This document shows positions 20,174-32,109 of a DNA stretch of 64,000 nt, one piece after another. Position 1 is the first letter of the stretch. The number at the start of each line of letters is the position of its first letter. Source of the DNA: Scyliorhinus canicula (lineage: Eukaryota); contig NW_024055461.1 in assembly GCF_902713615.1 (NCBI RefSeq), positions 1,118,966 to 1,182,965 on the forward strand. The letters are read 5' to 3'. The notes under the pieces are model-generated. The model did no database searches. It saw only the letters and a list, made by a program, of their open reading frames with translations, and was not told the origin of the DNA. Position numbers and translations under genes: made by a program.

Positions 20174-20690
20174 TCATAAAGCCCGGGTCGTCCCAATTTG
20201 GGGCATACACACTAGCAAGTACCACCTCCTCTCCTTGTAGCCTGCCCCTAACCATAACATACCTACCCCCTTTTCCGCCACCACCTCCGATGCCTCAAAC
20301 GACACATTTTTCCCCACCAGAATCGCCACTCCACGGTTCTTCACATCCAACCCAGAATGGAAAACCTGCCCCACCCATCCCTTCCGCAGACGGACCTGGT
20401 CCTCCACTTTCAGGTGGGTCTCCTGAAGCATTGCCACATCTGCCTTTAGCCCCCTCAGATGAGCAAGTACCCTCGACCGCTTCACCGGCCCATTCAATCC
20501 TCTTGCATTCCAGGTGACCAACCGGATCAGAGGGCGTCCCGCCCCCCTCCCACGTGGACTAGCCATAGCCCATCAACTGCCTGCCCCAGGCCAGCACCCC
20601 CTGCCCGACCCAGTCCCCACGGGGACAACACCTCACCTCTGTCCCCCCGGCCCCGCAGCGCGGGAAACCGGAGCCGATGCCGGTACTTTC
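20174..20690 (-). mobile_element. L1-clade LINE fragment (ORF2 endonuclease N-terminus)
   Basis: VTWNARGLNGPVKRSRVLAHL...DVAMLQETHL...RGVAILV. Confidence 0.85.
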
Positions 20691-20925
20691 TAACAGCTGA
20701 GGCGTGCACGACAATTGAGAAATCTCTCATAAAGGCCAATGAAGCCACAGGCTGACGCGGTCATACTCACAGAATCATTCTTGACCAACAATGTCTCGGA
20801 TGCAACAGCCGCCAATGCCTGGGAACCACCGGCCTCATGGACAGAACAAACAGGCCAGAGGTGGGAGCGCAGCGGTCGATTGGCATGTGACTGCCCCTTG
20901 GGAATCAAAGTGTCTCGGGCAATAT

Positions 20926-21277
20926 AGATCATAGAACATAGAACAGTACAGCACAGAACAGGCCCTTCGGCCCTCGATATTGTGCCGAGCAATGACCACC
21001 CCACTCAAACCCACGACTCCACCCTATACCCGTAACCCAACAACCCCTCCCCCCTTAACCTCACCCCCCAGGACACTACGGGCAATTTAGCATGGCCAAT
21101 CCACCTAACCCGCACATCTTTGGACTGTGGGAGGAAACCGGAGTACCCGGAGGAAACCCACACACACACGGGGAGGATGTGCAGACTCCACACAGACAGT
21201 GACCCAGCCGGGAATCGAACCTGGGACCCTGGAGCTGTGAAGCATTTATGCTAACCACCATGCTACCGTGCTGCCCC
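20926..21277 (-). mobile_element. HE1 SINE
   Basis: Reverse complement of the 18043 copy; a 3' half copy lies at 20010-20168 (+). Confidence 0.85.
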
Positions 21278-21661
21278 TAATCGTGTGGCCTCCTCCCTGA
21301 CTCGACCATTCTAGATTCTACTCCGTCATGTCCTCCCGATATATTTCTTCTCTGTCACTTGAACAGTGAACAGGTGCAGGATTGTCACGGTGTAGGGGAG
21401 ATTCAACTGTCGCTATTTCCGTTCCATCAGTTCCGAGTGCAGCTGAGAGTCACGGCACACTTCACTCAATATTGAGACTGCGCTATCCCGCCCACAGCTG
21501 CGTTGCTGCTCTCACTCTGGCACCATAGTGTTATTGGAGAGATTGCTGCTGCTGGTTCATTCCTCTCATTGGTCGGATCAGCAGTGCAGTGTGACGGCAA
21601 TCTGTATTTCTGTCTGAGAGAGGATTGATATCATTGTAGAGTTACAAACTCAAAACGGATC

Positions 21662-22166
21662 ATGAGGAACCATCTTGCGTCGCTCCTCATCGTTATCTCA
21701 CTTCTCGGTAAGTATTTCCTTCCCAGTGACACTCCATTCCCTTCGTGACTGCTGTAACCCAGATGTTATTATTGGTAAAATGACAATGATTATTTTGTAG
21801 ATTCTTTTATTGTTTAACATGAGGCTGACTCTGATTGTCATTATTGCTGTTATTTCTGTTAGAATGGAGCCAACAGGACACCGTGGTGCAAAAGGAACCT
21901 GAAATAACGGTTAAAGAGAGAAGTGAAGTTACATTAACCTGCATCTTGAAAACAAACGCTGCTAACCTTTATGTGTACTGGTACAGTCAGCAGCCCGGGA
22001 AAGCTCCAATGTATATGTTCCGTCTTATTGGACAAAATTTGCAAAGGAACACCGACCTCAGTGATCGGTTTTCTTCTACGTTTGATAAAAAGAACAAGAC
22101 TACCGAGCTAACAATCAGTAACACAATGATCTCCGACAGCGCCGTGTATTTCTGTGCCATGGCGCC
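21662..22166 (+). CDS. TCR alpha/delta V segment, family A, intact
   Basis: Leader MRNHLASLLIVISLL 21662-21707, exon 21863-22166 WSQQDTVVQ...TC...YWYSQ...YFCAMA; RSS CACACTG 22167-22173, 24 nt, ACAAAAACC 22198-22206. Confidence 0.9.
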
Positions 22167-22782
22167 CACACTGCTACAGAGATATGGGGGATCCCGTACA
22201 AAAACCCCACACTGGCAGTTCCAGCTGCTGCTCAGCAGGGCGCGCGTCCTCATGGGCAGTTCAGTTTCCATACTCAAAGTGACAAAATTTGTAAGAAAAC
22301 AACACTCAAAAACAGCAAGAGGTGAGGTCCACTTCCACAGTTATAACAGTTGACGATTGCAACTTGAATTCATAACAGAAAGAAGATTGACGAATCGATC
22401 TGTGATTCCTCAACTCCTGTTTCTTGTTCATATCCTTGTGTACAGACTCACTCAGTAAACTCTCAGGTCTCATTGAACTATAACAAATGCAGCAATTTAT
22501 GTACATATTGAGCTTATCACATCATTACATGTCCCGAGGGGTTTGAGAGGAACATTTAGGTTGTATGCTCAAAAACGTGGTCAAAGAGTTTTGTTATTTA
22601 GGGTGACACAGTGGCTAGCACTGCTACTTCACAGCGCCAGGGACCCAGATTCACTCAGGCCTTGGACGAGTTTGTGCATCTCCCCGTGTCTGATTTGGTT
22701 TCCTCCCTCAATCCAAAAATATGCTGTGGCTAAAAATATGCAGAATAGGTGGATTAGGTGGATTTAATATACCTCAAGCAAA

Positions 22783-23260
22783 TCCCCCTTCAGCCTTCTC
22801 TGCTCCAAGGAAAACAACCCCAACCTCACCAGACTCTCTTCATACCTGAAACACTCCAGCCCCGGCACCATGCTGGTGATTCTCCACTGCACCCTCTCTA
22901 GTGCAATCAAATCCTTGCTGCAGTATCGTGACCAGAACTGCACACTGTGGCCCAACAAGCATTCCTACATCTCCATCATAGCCTCCCTGATCTTATATTC
23001 AACGGAAAATAAACTCAAGTATTTCATAAGCCTTCTTAACAACTTGCCCTCAACCTTCAGGGGTCTTTGGATTCGCAGCCGGGGTCCCTCTGGTTGCTGT
23101 AATTCCCAGCGTCCTACCGTTCATTGTATATTCCCGTGCCTTTTTAGTCCTGTCAAAATGCATCACCTCGCACTTCTCAGAGTCCATTTGCCACTATTCA
23201 AAGGTTTTCCTCCTCACTATTAACCACATCAACAATTTTGTCGGGATCTGCGAACTTACT
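22783..23260 (-). mobile_element. CR1 LINE ORF2 C-terminal fragment
   Basis: VQFWS....KDLIALERVQ.R.TSMVPGL....YEE.L.RLGLFSLEQRRLKGDLLEVY. Confidence 0.8.
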
Positions 23261-23420
23261 GATCATACCTCTACCCAGCGTCCGTGGGCTACACGGAATG
23301 TGGAGCTAAGGCATGGTCACCTTAGCCATGATTCATTGAATTGTGGAGTAACTCGAGTGGCCGATTGGCCACCTCCCTGCTCTTACGTCGGATGCTCATA
23401 TGGTAATGAAAAAGCCCTGC

Positions 23421-23582
23421 ATTTTCCCGAGTGAGTGTGTGTTATCCGTCAATGGCGTGGTGAAGGCCATGCCGCAGCCGGTTCACGGTATTTGTTATCA
23501 GAAAATTATCACGTCTTGCTTCATTGCAGCAGAGAAATGCATTCCTCCGATTGCCACCGACGCTCCAGTGAAAGACAAGGCA
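23421..23582 (+). pseudogene. TCR V relic, family C
   Basis: MPQPVHGICYQKIITSCFIAAEKCIPPIATDAPVKDKA; FR1 largely deleted. Confidence 0.6.
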
Positions 23583-24111
23583 ATACCTGGATATAAATGG
23601 AAGTTTGTAAATCGTGGAATTAACGTAATACCTGGAATGTAATAGCATTCAGAATCGCAGATACACACAGTTTAGACTGGCCCTTCGGCCAATCGTGTCT
23701 GCACCAACACGCGAAAAACACCGGACCGACCTACCTAACCCCATTTGCCAGCACTTGGCCTTGAATGTTATGACGTGCCATGTGCTCATCCAGGTACTAT
23801 TTAAAGGATGTTAAGCAGATTGCCTCTACCACTCTTCCAGGTAGTTTATTCCAGACTAACCCACACTCTAGGTAAATAGGATTTTCCTCAAATCCACCAT
23901 GACCTCCTGATCCTCATGTGATGTGCTCAGAATTTTGTTTTTTTTAGTGACCAGATTGTCCGGAATTATTTCCATCAACTGAAGGTTCAATGTTTTATAA
24001 AGAAGGCAGGGGCATGATATTTCCTGTTGCGGGTGCTTGTGGGAAAGGATGAATCAAACGACTTTGATTGGCTCAGTACAAAGAGCGCAGGGGAGCCGAT
24101 CAGCGACACCG

Positions 24112-24170
24112 AGGCACGGACGCGATCTTTGGTTTACGAGACCAACGCCTTTCCTGTTGGCCACCGCACC
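24112..24170 (-). pseudogene. tRNA-Thr-CGT: tRNA-Thr(CGT) pseudogene with 13-nt T-arm deletion
   Basis: GGTGCGGTGGCCAACAGGAAAGGCGTTGGTCT-CGT-AAACCAAAGATCGCG|TCCGTGCCT; GGTTCGAACCCCG missing. Confidence 0.75.
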
Positions 24171-24704
24171 ATGCGCAAAGAAGTGGTGTTAATTGCACTG
24201 TGAGTTGTTACCATTTGGAGCCTGGCGCAAAATTTGATGAGAAAAGAACATTTCAAAAGATATTGTCAGAACTTGACAACAGAAAATCAAGCGTGATTTA
24301 AATGTAGGGTGAAAAGGGCAATAGAAAAAGTTATTTCAAATAGGTGCAGGTAGCGTCAGTTGAATCTGGTCCCTTCCCGCCCCTCCGACACTATTGTTTT
24401 CAGTGAGTTGAGCGGGAGCAGGTGAAGGATGGTCACAGGCTGCAGGATGGTCAACTGTCGCTATTTCCGCTCCATCACTTGAGAATGCAGCAGAAACCGC
24501 CGCACACATTTTCATCTTTGAGTCTGCGGTGGCCCGGTCACAGCTTCCGTTTGTTGCTGTCGCTCTAACACCATTGGGATATTCCAGACATTGCTGCCGC
24601 TGCTCGATTCCTCTCATTGGTTGGATCTCAGTGCAGTGGGACCTGAATCTGGATTGCTGCTCTGACAGATAATTGCCTGCCCTGAAGAGCGATTGATTCA
24701 GGAA

Positions 24705-25110
24705 CTATCGCGGGGAACCGCCTCCCGCTCTCCTCGTTATGATCTCGCTGCTCAGTATTTCCTTCACTGAAAAACTCCCATTCTCCACTCACTGAGTAAC
24801 CAGATACTATTGTTAATTAAATAATGATGATGCTGCTGCGAGTGACCCTTACGTTGGTCAATATGAGGCTGGTTCTGAATTTTGAAATTATTATTGTTTT
24901 CTGTTCGTTTGTATCAGACTGGAGCCACCAAGACCCAGTGGAACAGTTGGACGCTGAAATGAGGGTTGAAGAGGATATTGACGCCACACATCAATGCAAT
25001 CGATCCTGACGATCCACAGTCGGTATCCGGGCACCCTGCACGGTTCATGTTCCATCTGATTTGAGAGAATCTGAGTAGCAGCAAAGGTAGAAGTGATCTC
25101 AAAATGACAC
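24705..25110 (+). pseudogene. TCR V pseudogene, family A
   Basis: Family-A promoter block at 24400-24700, leader without ATG, exon from 24918 DWSHQDPVEQLDAEMRVEE...QC, then stops and deletions. Confidence 0.7.
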
Positions 25111-25596
25111 ACATATAGAGAAATACCAGTACACAAATATAAATATTCCTATATATGTCTGTTACGTAAATCACATTATAGCAGAAAGACAGACGATCCC
25201 AGAAACTAACCAACACAGAGATGGGTGGGGTGTAGGTTGGCGGGTGGGGGTGATATTCATCTCTCAAGGTGGATGCGAGAGGACGGTCAGAAAGACCATC
25301 GCCATTTATAATGAATATGTGAAAATGGAGCAAGACGGGATTTTTAGATCTTTGTATTTTTTTCTGAGCGAGCTTCGTGAATCTGTGGACCTCTTCTGCA
25401 GAGACCGTTGATTCAATATTTCAAGGCAGATGTGCGTGTATTCTCGATTAAAAAGGGAATCAAAGTTTATCCGGGGTAGGCAAAATGTGAATCTGATGTG
25501 GTGATCACATCAGCCAAGAACTTATTGAAGGATGGAGGAGGATCAAGAGGCTGACTAACCAAATCCTGCTCAAAGTTCGTCTGTGCGTGGGTCCGT

Positions 25597-25790
25597 GAAG
25601 AGGTATCACAATCTCCTGAGTCGGTGTTTGTTATCGAGGGCGACAGAGCATCGCTGAGCTGTCCCAGCACAGCGTCATGACGGCTATTACAGTGATCGAG
25701 GTAAGCCCATGCCGCAGTGGGCGCACTGTACTTGTGATCAGAACAGGGTCATAATTCTGCATTTCAGCAGTGTAAGCAGTGCAGAAAAGA
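25597..25790 (+). pseudogene. TCR V pseudogene, family C
   Basis: EEVSQSPESVFVIEGDRASLSC...RLLQ*...MPQWAHCTCDQNRV; multiple stops. Confidence 0.75.
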
Positions 25791-26489
25791 CCTGGAAGGA
25801 CCGGACAAATACACGGCCCTGTGGTCGTGCACCTTTGTGAGTTGTGGAGTAATCAGGCCCCATGAATTTTACAGCGCTCATCATGGACCGCACCAATCAC
25901 TCACCATCCGCTCACCAAGAGCTGAATCAGGTCCCTTATCGGGGCGACTCCACCACTGAAAGCAGGAAGAGTCAACATAGATTTGATTTATTTTCGATCG
26001 GCTGAAGACTAAAAAGGGACAGTGTCCTGTCTGACAAGTTAGTCTTGTTGCTCCGTGAGCCCCTCGTTAAATAGTCAATGTGCAGTCTATGCATTCATAA
26101 CTACAGCAGATTGGTCTATTCTATCTTTAGTTACAGGGACCAGTGGCTCAGACTCAGTGGCCTTAGGCCCACCTGAGTTAAGGTCCTGGAAGATTTTATT
26201 ATCCTCACATCTGGGAGCTTGAAATACTTCTACTCGGAAGTGGATATTCCAAGCTTAAATTTATTGTGCATGGCGACATGCAGATTAAGCTCAGTAATCC
26301 CAAACGGCTCCTTTATTGACCTGTGCAAGGGCAGAGACAGCAATGTAATTGGTGGATACGTAGACCTGAGTACGTTCCCGAATCGAGATCAAACCACACC
26401 CGGGACAAGGGGACGAAAGCAGATTTATTGGAATTGAAAATACTCTCTGAGGCTTTCGTACGTGGTTGTAGCTGCTTTGTGACACTGTG

Positions 26490-26932
26490 CTCATTGCACA
26501 GTAATAGACCGCCCCGTCCTCCACACTGAGCGCCTTTATATTGAGGTAACCATTCTTTTTAGACTTGTTGGCAGCCGCCAGATATCGCCCTGAGATCTCT
26601 TTCTTCATCGTCAATATGTTAATGATGACCAATCTCAGCGGCTGTGCCGTCTTTTGCTGATACCATAGCATGTGGCACACAGTCGGGTCTGTATATTCGC
26701 AATCTAACTGCACTGACCCCCCTTCTTGTGCGGGTATTGTAACCGGTCACTTAGTTATTGGATCTGCGCCTAGTCCGCCTGCGAAAATATGAAATATGTA
26801 GAGTAAATCGTAATTTGCGAGAATCTGAGAGTGAGTTGTCCGTCCGAGAAACACGCGGCTGACGTTCCGGAGAATCCAGCCCAAAATCCAATACTTACTA
26901 TGCAAGAGCCCCGTCCGTATTAGCAGAAACAT
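26490..26932 (-). pseudogene. TCR V pseudogene, family B, single in-frame stop
   Basis: Leader MFLLIRTGLLH 26899-26932, exon from 26778 GLGADPITK*PV (TGA 26747-26749) to VYYCAM; RSS CACAGTG 26483-26489, 23 nt, ACGAAAGCC 26451-26459. Confidence 0.88.
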
Positions 26933-27243
26933 GTTTGACTGAACCTCTCTGAGTGAATGGGAATGAAATGAGGCAGAGATTGAGAAGCAGAAAGGGAACC
27001 CGGGCTCTGTTCAGCTCAATGTTCCAGCCACACACTGCACGGGGCCAGGCCTATTGTGACATCACCCAGGCTACCATCCCCATTGATTTGTCAGTGCTAT
27101 CACGTGACTTATTCAGGCCCATGCCTGATATTGGAGCCCTCTGCTTGCGGGTTCTAAGTAATCCATTTGTCGCAGGAGATCATTGAGTGGATTCTGTGAA
27201 TATTTTACCTGCAGACATGAACGTTTGCCAGAAAGCTAAATTT

Positions 27244-27590
27244 CAGCACGGTAGCACAGTGGTTAGCACTGCTGCATCACAGCGCCAGGGACCCATGTTC
27301 AATACCGGCCTTGGGTGACTGTGTGGAGTTAGCACTTTCTCCCGGTGTCTGCGTGGGTTTTCTCCGGGTGCTCCAGTTTCCTTCCCCAGTCCAAAGATTT
27401 GTAGGTTAGGTGCATTGGACATGCTAAATTGTCCCTCAGTGTCAGGGATGTTTAGATTAGGTTCAAGGATTATAGGAATTGGGCGGAGAAGTGGGCTTGG
27501 GTGGAGTGCTCTTCCAGAGGATCGGTGCGGACTCGATGGCCCAATGGCCTCCTTCTGTACTGTAGAGATTCTATGATTCTATTCTATAAA
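27244..27590 (+). mobile_element. HE1 SINE, orthologous to 48787-49126 (-)
   Basis: HE1 core; same position in both arms of the inversion. Confidence 0.75.
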
Positions 27591-28219
27591 GTGGAGCCAT
27601 ATGGACACAGGTTTCGTCACTGTGCTGTTTGTATCGAAACGTGCTCTTCACTCTGTAGAAATTATTGCTGGACTTCTCTGTCCAAATCCAGTGAAATACA
27701 AAGTACAAAGAATGTTAACAAGTTGGAGAGAGTGCAGATGTTATATATCAGAACAGTACCAGGAATGAAGGACGTTTATGAAAACAGATAAGGGAAATTT
27801 GGATTATTTTGCTTGGAACAAACAAGGTAGAAAGGAGAATCAATTTATCTCCTTCGAATTTTGCTCTTGTGCTGGAGTAGATCGCCTGTAATTATTTTCA
27901 TTGGTAGACGATTCAATAACAAAATCACTTCAATTTCATGGAAAGATGGATAGTGAAAGATGAATTTTATTTTTTCCATCGTGATTTCTTATTACCAGGA
28001 ATACCGCATCAAAATGATAAAGGGCGAAGATAAACAGGAACTTGTCAAAGGGATATTGTCATAAATTAAAAAACGGAAGGCAACGTGTACAATGCGGGTG
28101 TGAAAGCCGCTAGGTGTCGTACTTTCAAATAGGCATTATTCCTTCCCTAAATGTTTGTGATTTTGGGTCCTTCCTGCCGACAGACTTGTTTTATTCCCCT
28201 CAGTCACTTGAGCAATGAA

Positions 28220-28560
28220 AAGGTGCAGAAAGTGCAAACTTCTGGAGGCTCAATCGCTAACATTTCCACTCCATCAATTGCGCTGGCAGCTGATAGTTTG
28301 ATCAGGTTTGAGTCTGTGATATGTTGAGCATTGCGTTATTGCGTTTACTACTCTCGGTTTAACCCGATTGTGCTATTACAGACATTGTTTCCCATGGCCC
28401 ATTTCAGTCCTTGGTTAGGTCAGCAGTTCAGTCCGACTAGATTTTGTATTTCTATTTGACAGACCATTTCCTGCTTTGGGGAGGGGCCGACCAGGACCTA
28501 CCCTGCACCTTGCATCGCTTCTTGTTATTCTCTCACTCTCAGTGAGAATTAATTTCTCGG
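28220..28560 (+). pseudogene. Family-A V promoter and leader relic; inverted paralog at ~47800-48130
   Basis: ttggttaggtcagcagttcagtccgactagattttgtatttc and leader-like catcgcttcttgttattctctcactctca|gtgag resemble 21570-21710. Confidence 0.45.
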
Positions 28561-29062
28561 TAACACTCTATTCTCACCTGATTGATATGTCCTCCCAAAT
28601 ATCACTTATTCCACTTGATTTCCTATCAATCACGGTTTTCTAACATCCGTGACTCAGACACTATTTAATTTCTATTTGTGCAACTTATCACATAGTCCTG
28701 TGTGAATCACTCAGACTGATTGTCTGTCATCCATATTATACATGATGTAGGTAATTCAAAGATTAGTGAACAGTTATTCTCTGGCTTTGGTACCACAACG
28801 ACATTGGAAGTACATATTTACTGCTTTCAGGACATAAGCTGACCTCCTCGAAACGAACTTGTATCTCCCTGCTTGAAAGATGCTTTGACGTCGAGGTCCT
28901 GCCTGAGCAATGTGAGATACAAAACTTAATTTTCTGCTCGGCAAATTATTTCAGTCCGCCTATGTCCAGCTCTCCAAATATCAAAATCGTCATCCCAGGC
29001 CACTGAATAACCACAGAATCTCTCCTCTTCGGGCCGCCGACATCGGAACATCTATCCGATAT

Positions 29063-29077
29063 CCACAAGAGGGCGGC
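29063..29077 (+). promoter_or_regulatory. CTCF consensus site
   Basis: CCACAAGAGGGCGGC; paralog CCACTAGAGGGCGGC on minus strand at 40381-40395. Confidence 0.55.
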
Positions 29078-29164
29078 AGCTCACAATATCCCTCGTGGGG
29101 TTCGTAGCACCTGTAGTGAGTTGAGTAAGACCTCATCCATTTTGAAATAAACATAGATTTAATG

Positions 29165-30037
29165 TGTTGCCTTTTTTACCTACTGTAAATATGGCAGTCA
29201 ATGAGGTTGCCCTCCTTTCTCTGAATATCAATATTCTATTGCTCAGAGTCGCCAGATATCAAATGATACCACCACAAGGTTCAACCGGATATCGATCAAA
29301 GAGCCAAACATCAGTTAGTTAGTTCAAGATCAAGGGTACTTTATTCACACACACAATTAATCATGCAACATAAACACTACGGTTAAACTGCACCTATCAA
29401 CTATAACAACCTGTACTTAACTTCAGGCACCCGGTTTAGGTCAGAGAAACAGTGGCCATTCTTCGGCTCTGTATCTATCGGGTCTGTGGAAGTCACTGCT
29501 GCTCAGCTAGGCTCATCCGTCTGGTAGCGGGTGTTGAACTTGACCTTGCTTCCGGTGGTGCTGCACTTGGAAGTTGACATTGCCGGAGCACCAGGTCCAA
29601 GAGAGGCCAAACACATGGTGGTCTCTCTTTATCCTTGGGGGTTTTCACGCTTTTTTGGGCGGTCCTTTGGTTTGGACCCCACTAATTGGGTAATTCCTGA
29701 TCACTGTGTTCGATTTGAACCAATAAAGGGGCGGGTGTCTTGATGGCTGGGCGTGTCCCAAGCAGTCATAGACCCTGTTGTTTATGCTTCTCGAGTACAG
29801 GGAGCGGCACCGAAATGTCTGGGGTTGTATTGGTCGCTCAACTGTCAGTCGTTTGTCTGGCAGAGATGGGCCATCAAATGCTAATCGGTTGGGGGGTTTC
29901 GATACCGTCTGGATTCCTCACTCGGAAATATACATTCAGGCTCTGAGCCTGCCTGAATCTCGCATTGTCCATTTTTCCCGCTATGCTTTGCGACCTTCTC
30001 TGTTCCTTATTGTAAGTGGCCGTCCCAGGTGGCTACA
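29165..30037 (-). mobile_element. Solo LTR (~873 bp)
   Basis: TGTTGCC...GGCTACA termini, 4-bp imperfect TSD AATG/AATA, minus-strand AATAAA near 29340; absent from paralog at ~40292. Confidence 0.65.
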
Positions 30038-30271
30038 AATAGTTGAACTCAACTTACCTCAATGGTTTGGAGAAGCTAATGCAGGCAATAATCATCACAT
30101 ATTCTCATATCGCAGTATTTGAGCCTGATATTGGTCAGAGCACAGAGAGAGAGGCAAGGAAGGAGTGTCTGATGTGGGGAAGGATGTGGGAATGAGACTG
30201 AAATACTTACTTTGACCTGTTTCTGAATTACTTCACTCTAACCATTTGGGCACCATGTGTATTTCTACTTT

Positions 30272-30597
30272 GGGCAGCACGGCAGCACGGTGGTTAGCAC
30301 TATGGCTTCACAGCGCCACGATCCCAGGTTCGATTCCCGGTTTGAGTCACTGTCTGTCCGGAGTCTGCACATTCTCCCCGTGTCTCCGTGGGTTTCGTCT
30401 GTGAGCTCCGGTGTCCTCCCACAGTCCAAAGATGTGCAGGTTAGGTGGATTGGCCATGATCAATTGCCTTTAGTGTCCAAAAAAGGTTAGGAAGGGTTAT
30501 TGGGTTACGGGGATAGGGTGGAAGTGAGGGCTTAAGTGGGTTGGTGCAGACTCGATGAGCCGAATGGCCTCCTTCTGCACTCTATGTTATATATCTA
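30272..30597 (+). mobile_element. HE1 SINE, copy-specific
   Basis: HE1 sequence; empty site at ~40070. Confidence 0.8.
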
Positions 30598-30819
30598 TAC
30601 ACTACGAGTGGACGTAGCATGAAAGGTTTTACTGGGCGGCTGGTATGAATTCTAATTAATGAGAACTCGCTTTACTCGTCGCCGAGACGCTGCAAACCTG
30701 CTCTTTGAGCTCTGCTCCAGGGTTTTGAACAGATTAATGCAGAATTTCTGAAAAGCGCTGACGATATTCTCTCATAAAGATAATCCAAAATCCGAGAGCT
30801 ATGGCTCAGTGAATAAACG

Positions 30820-31165
30820 ATAATGAACCAGATTAAAGTTAATCGTTGGATGGGTGTGTCCAGGGCCAAGGGTCACAGTCTGAGGATTCAGGTTCAACCA
30901 TTTCGGCCAGAGAGACATTTCTTCACACAAAGAGCAGCGAACCTGTGGAATTCATTACCACATGAAGCAGTTGATGCTAAAACTTTAAATGTGTTCAAGA
31001 GGCTGCAGGATACAGCACTTGGGGAGAATGGGATCAAAAGCTATGGGGAGAAAGCAGGATTAGGCTATTGAGTTGGATGATCAGCCATGATCGTGATAAA
31101 TGGCGGAGCAGGCTCGAAGGGCCAAAAGGCCTCCTCCTGCTCCTATCTTCTATGTATCTATGTAA
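30820..31165 (+). mobile_element. CR1 3' fragment; paralog 39190-39820 (-)
   Basis: GVSRAKGHSLRI...FFTQRAANLWNSLP. Confidence 0.75.
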
Positions 31166-31166
31166 A

Positions 31167-31386
31167 CAGTAAGAAGTCTTACAACACCAGGTTAAAATCC
31201 AACAGGTTTATTTGGATTCACGCGTTGCTGGAGCGTAGCTCCTTCATCTGGAAGGCAGCTCCCTCACCTAATGAAGGAGCTGTGCTCCGTAAGCTCGTGG
31301 TTGCAAACAAACCTGTTGGACTTTAACCTGGTGTCGTAAGTCTTCTGACTGAGCTCACCCCAAACCAACACCGGCATCTCCACACC
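31167..31386. mobile_element. Palindromic Penelope-terminus element; paralog 38969-39188
   Basis: aagaagtcttacaacaccaggttaaa...tttaacctggtgtcgtaagtcttc inverted arms. Confidence 0.65.
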
Positions 31387-32109
31387 ATTTTAAACAGAAG
31401 GAGCCACTGAACGAAATCCTGCTTACATTAGTTGGAAACGTTCATTCGTTAAGAATGTTCAGTAGCTTGTGCAGTGATAGCTCGTGCCGTTGCTCTGAAG
31501 TGAAAGGTCTATTCCTTTCAGGCATATGCTCACATACATTTTTTTCTTTCGGGAATATTAGCAAAGGATTCCAGAGCAAATATGAAGCTGTTGAACCGCG
31601 TTGTAACCTCTCCTTCCGGAGGCAACTGGTCCTCGCGGTGGACATGAATAAGTAGTTTCTGGGGACACTGCCGTTGTGTCACAAGACTGACTGGCGGGTC
31701 GTAAGCCAAGCCGACAAAATCTGTAATCATGGTGAGACAATTGGCTCAGTGATTCATGAGGGAAAGCTCACTGGAGTCACGGTTGCCTGTCCCCTGATGG
31801 AAAGCCTGTAAGAAACTGATAGTTCCCGAATTAACCACATTCAGGACAAATCCCGTGTTTGACAGTGCAGTAAACAGAAAAGGGGAGGAAATGGCGTAGT
31901 GGTATTGTCATAGTCATATAATTTACAGTGCAGAAAGAGACCGTTTGGCCCATCGTGCCTGCACCGGCCCTCGCAAAAAGCATCCGATTGAAGCCTTACA
32001 CCTCCCACATATTGCCGTTACTCAGTTACTCCACCTAACCTTTTGGACACTTAAGGGCCAATTGAGCAAAGTGAATCCACCTAACCTGCACACCTTTGCA
32101 CTTTGGGAG

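Larger units (their letters stand above)
21300..31900. repeat. Left arm of an imperfect giant inverted duplication; right arm ~38440-54300
   Basis: Colinear inverted blocks: 21.3-23.7k vs 51.8-54.3k; 25.4-28.9k vs 47.5-50.8k; 28.9-31.9k vs 38.4-40.5k. Confidence 0.8.

Noticed and set aside
28780-28815. J-like peptide GFGTTTTLEVH
   Set aside because: Not FGxG, no upstream 12-RSS and no splice donor after it; the inverted paralog at 47.55k is no better.
28980-29110. ISPLRAADIGT as a V FR3 relic with a CACAATA heptamer
   Set aside because: No YxC, no nonamer and no upstream framework; the CTCF motif is the better-supported feature here.
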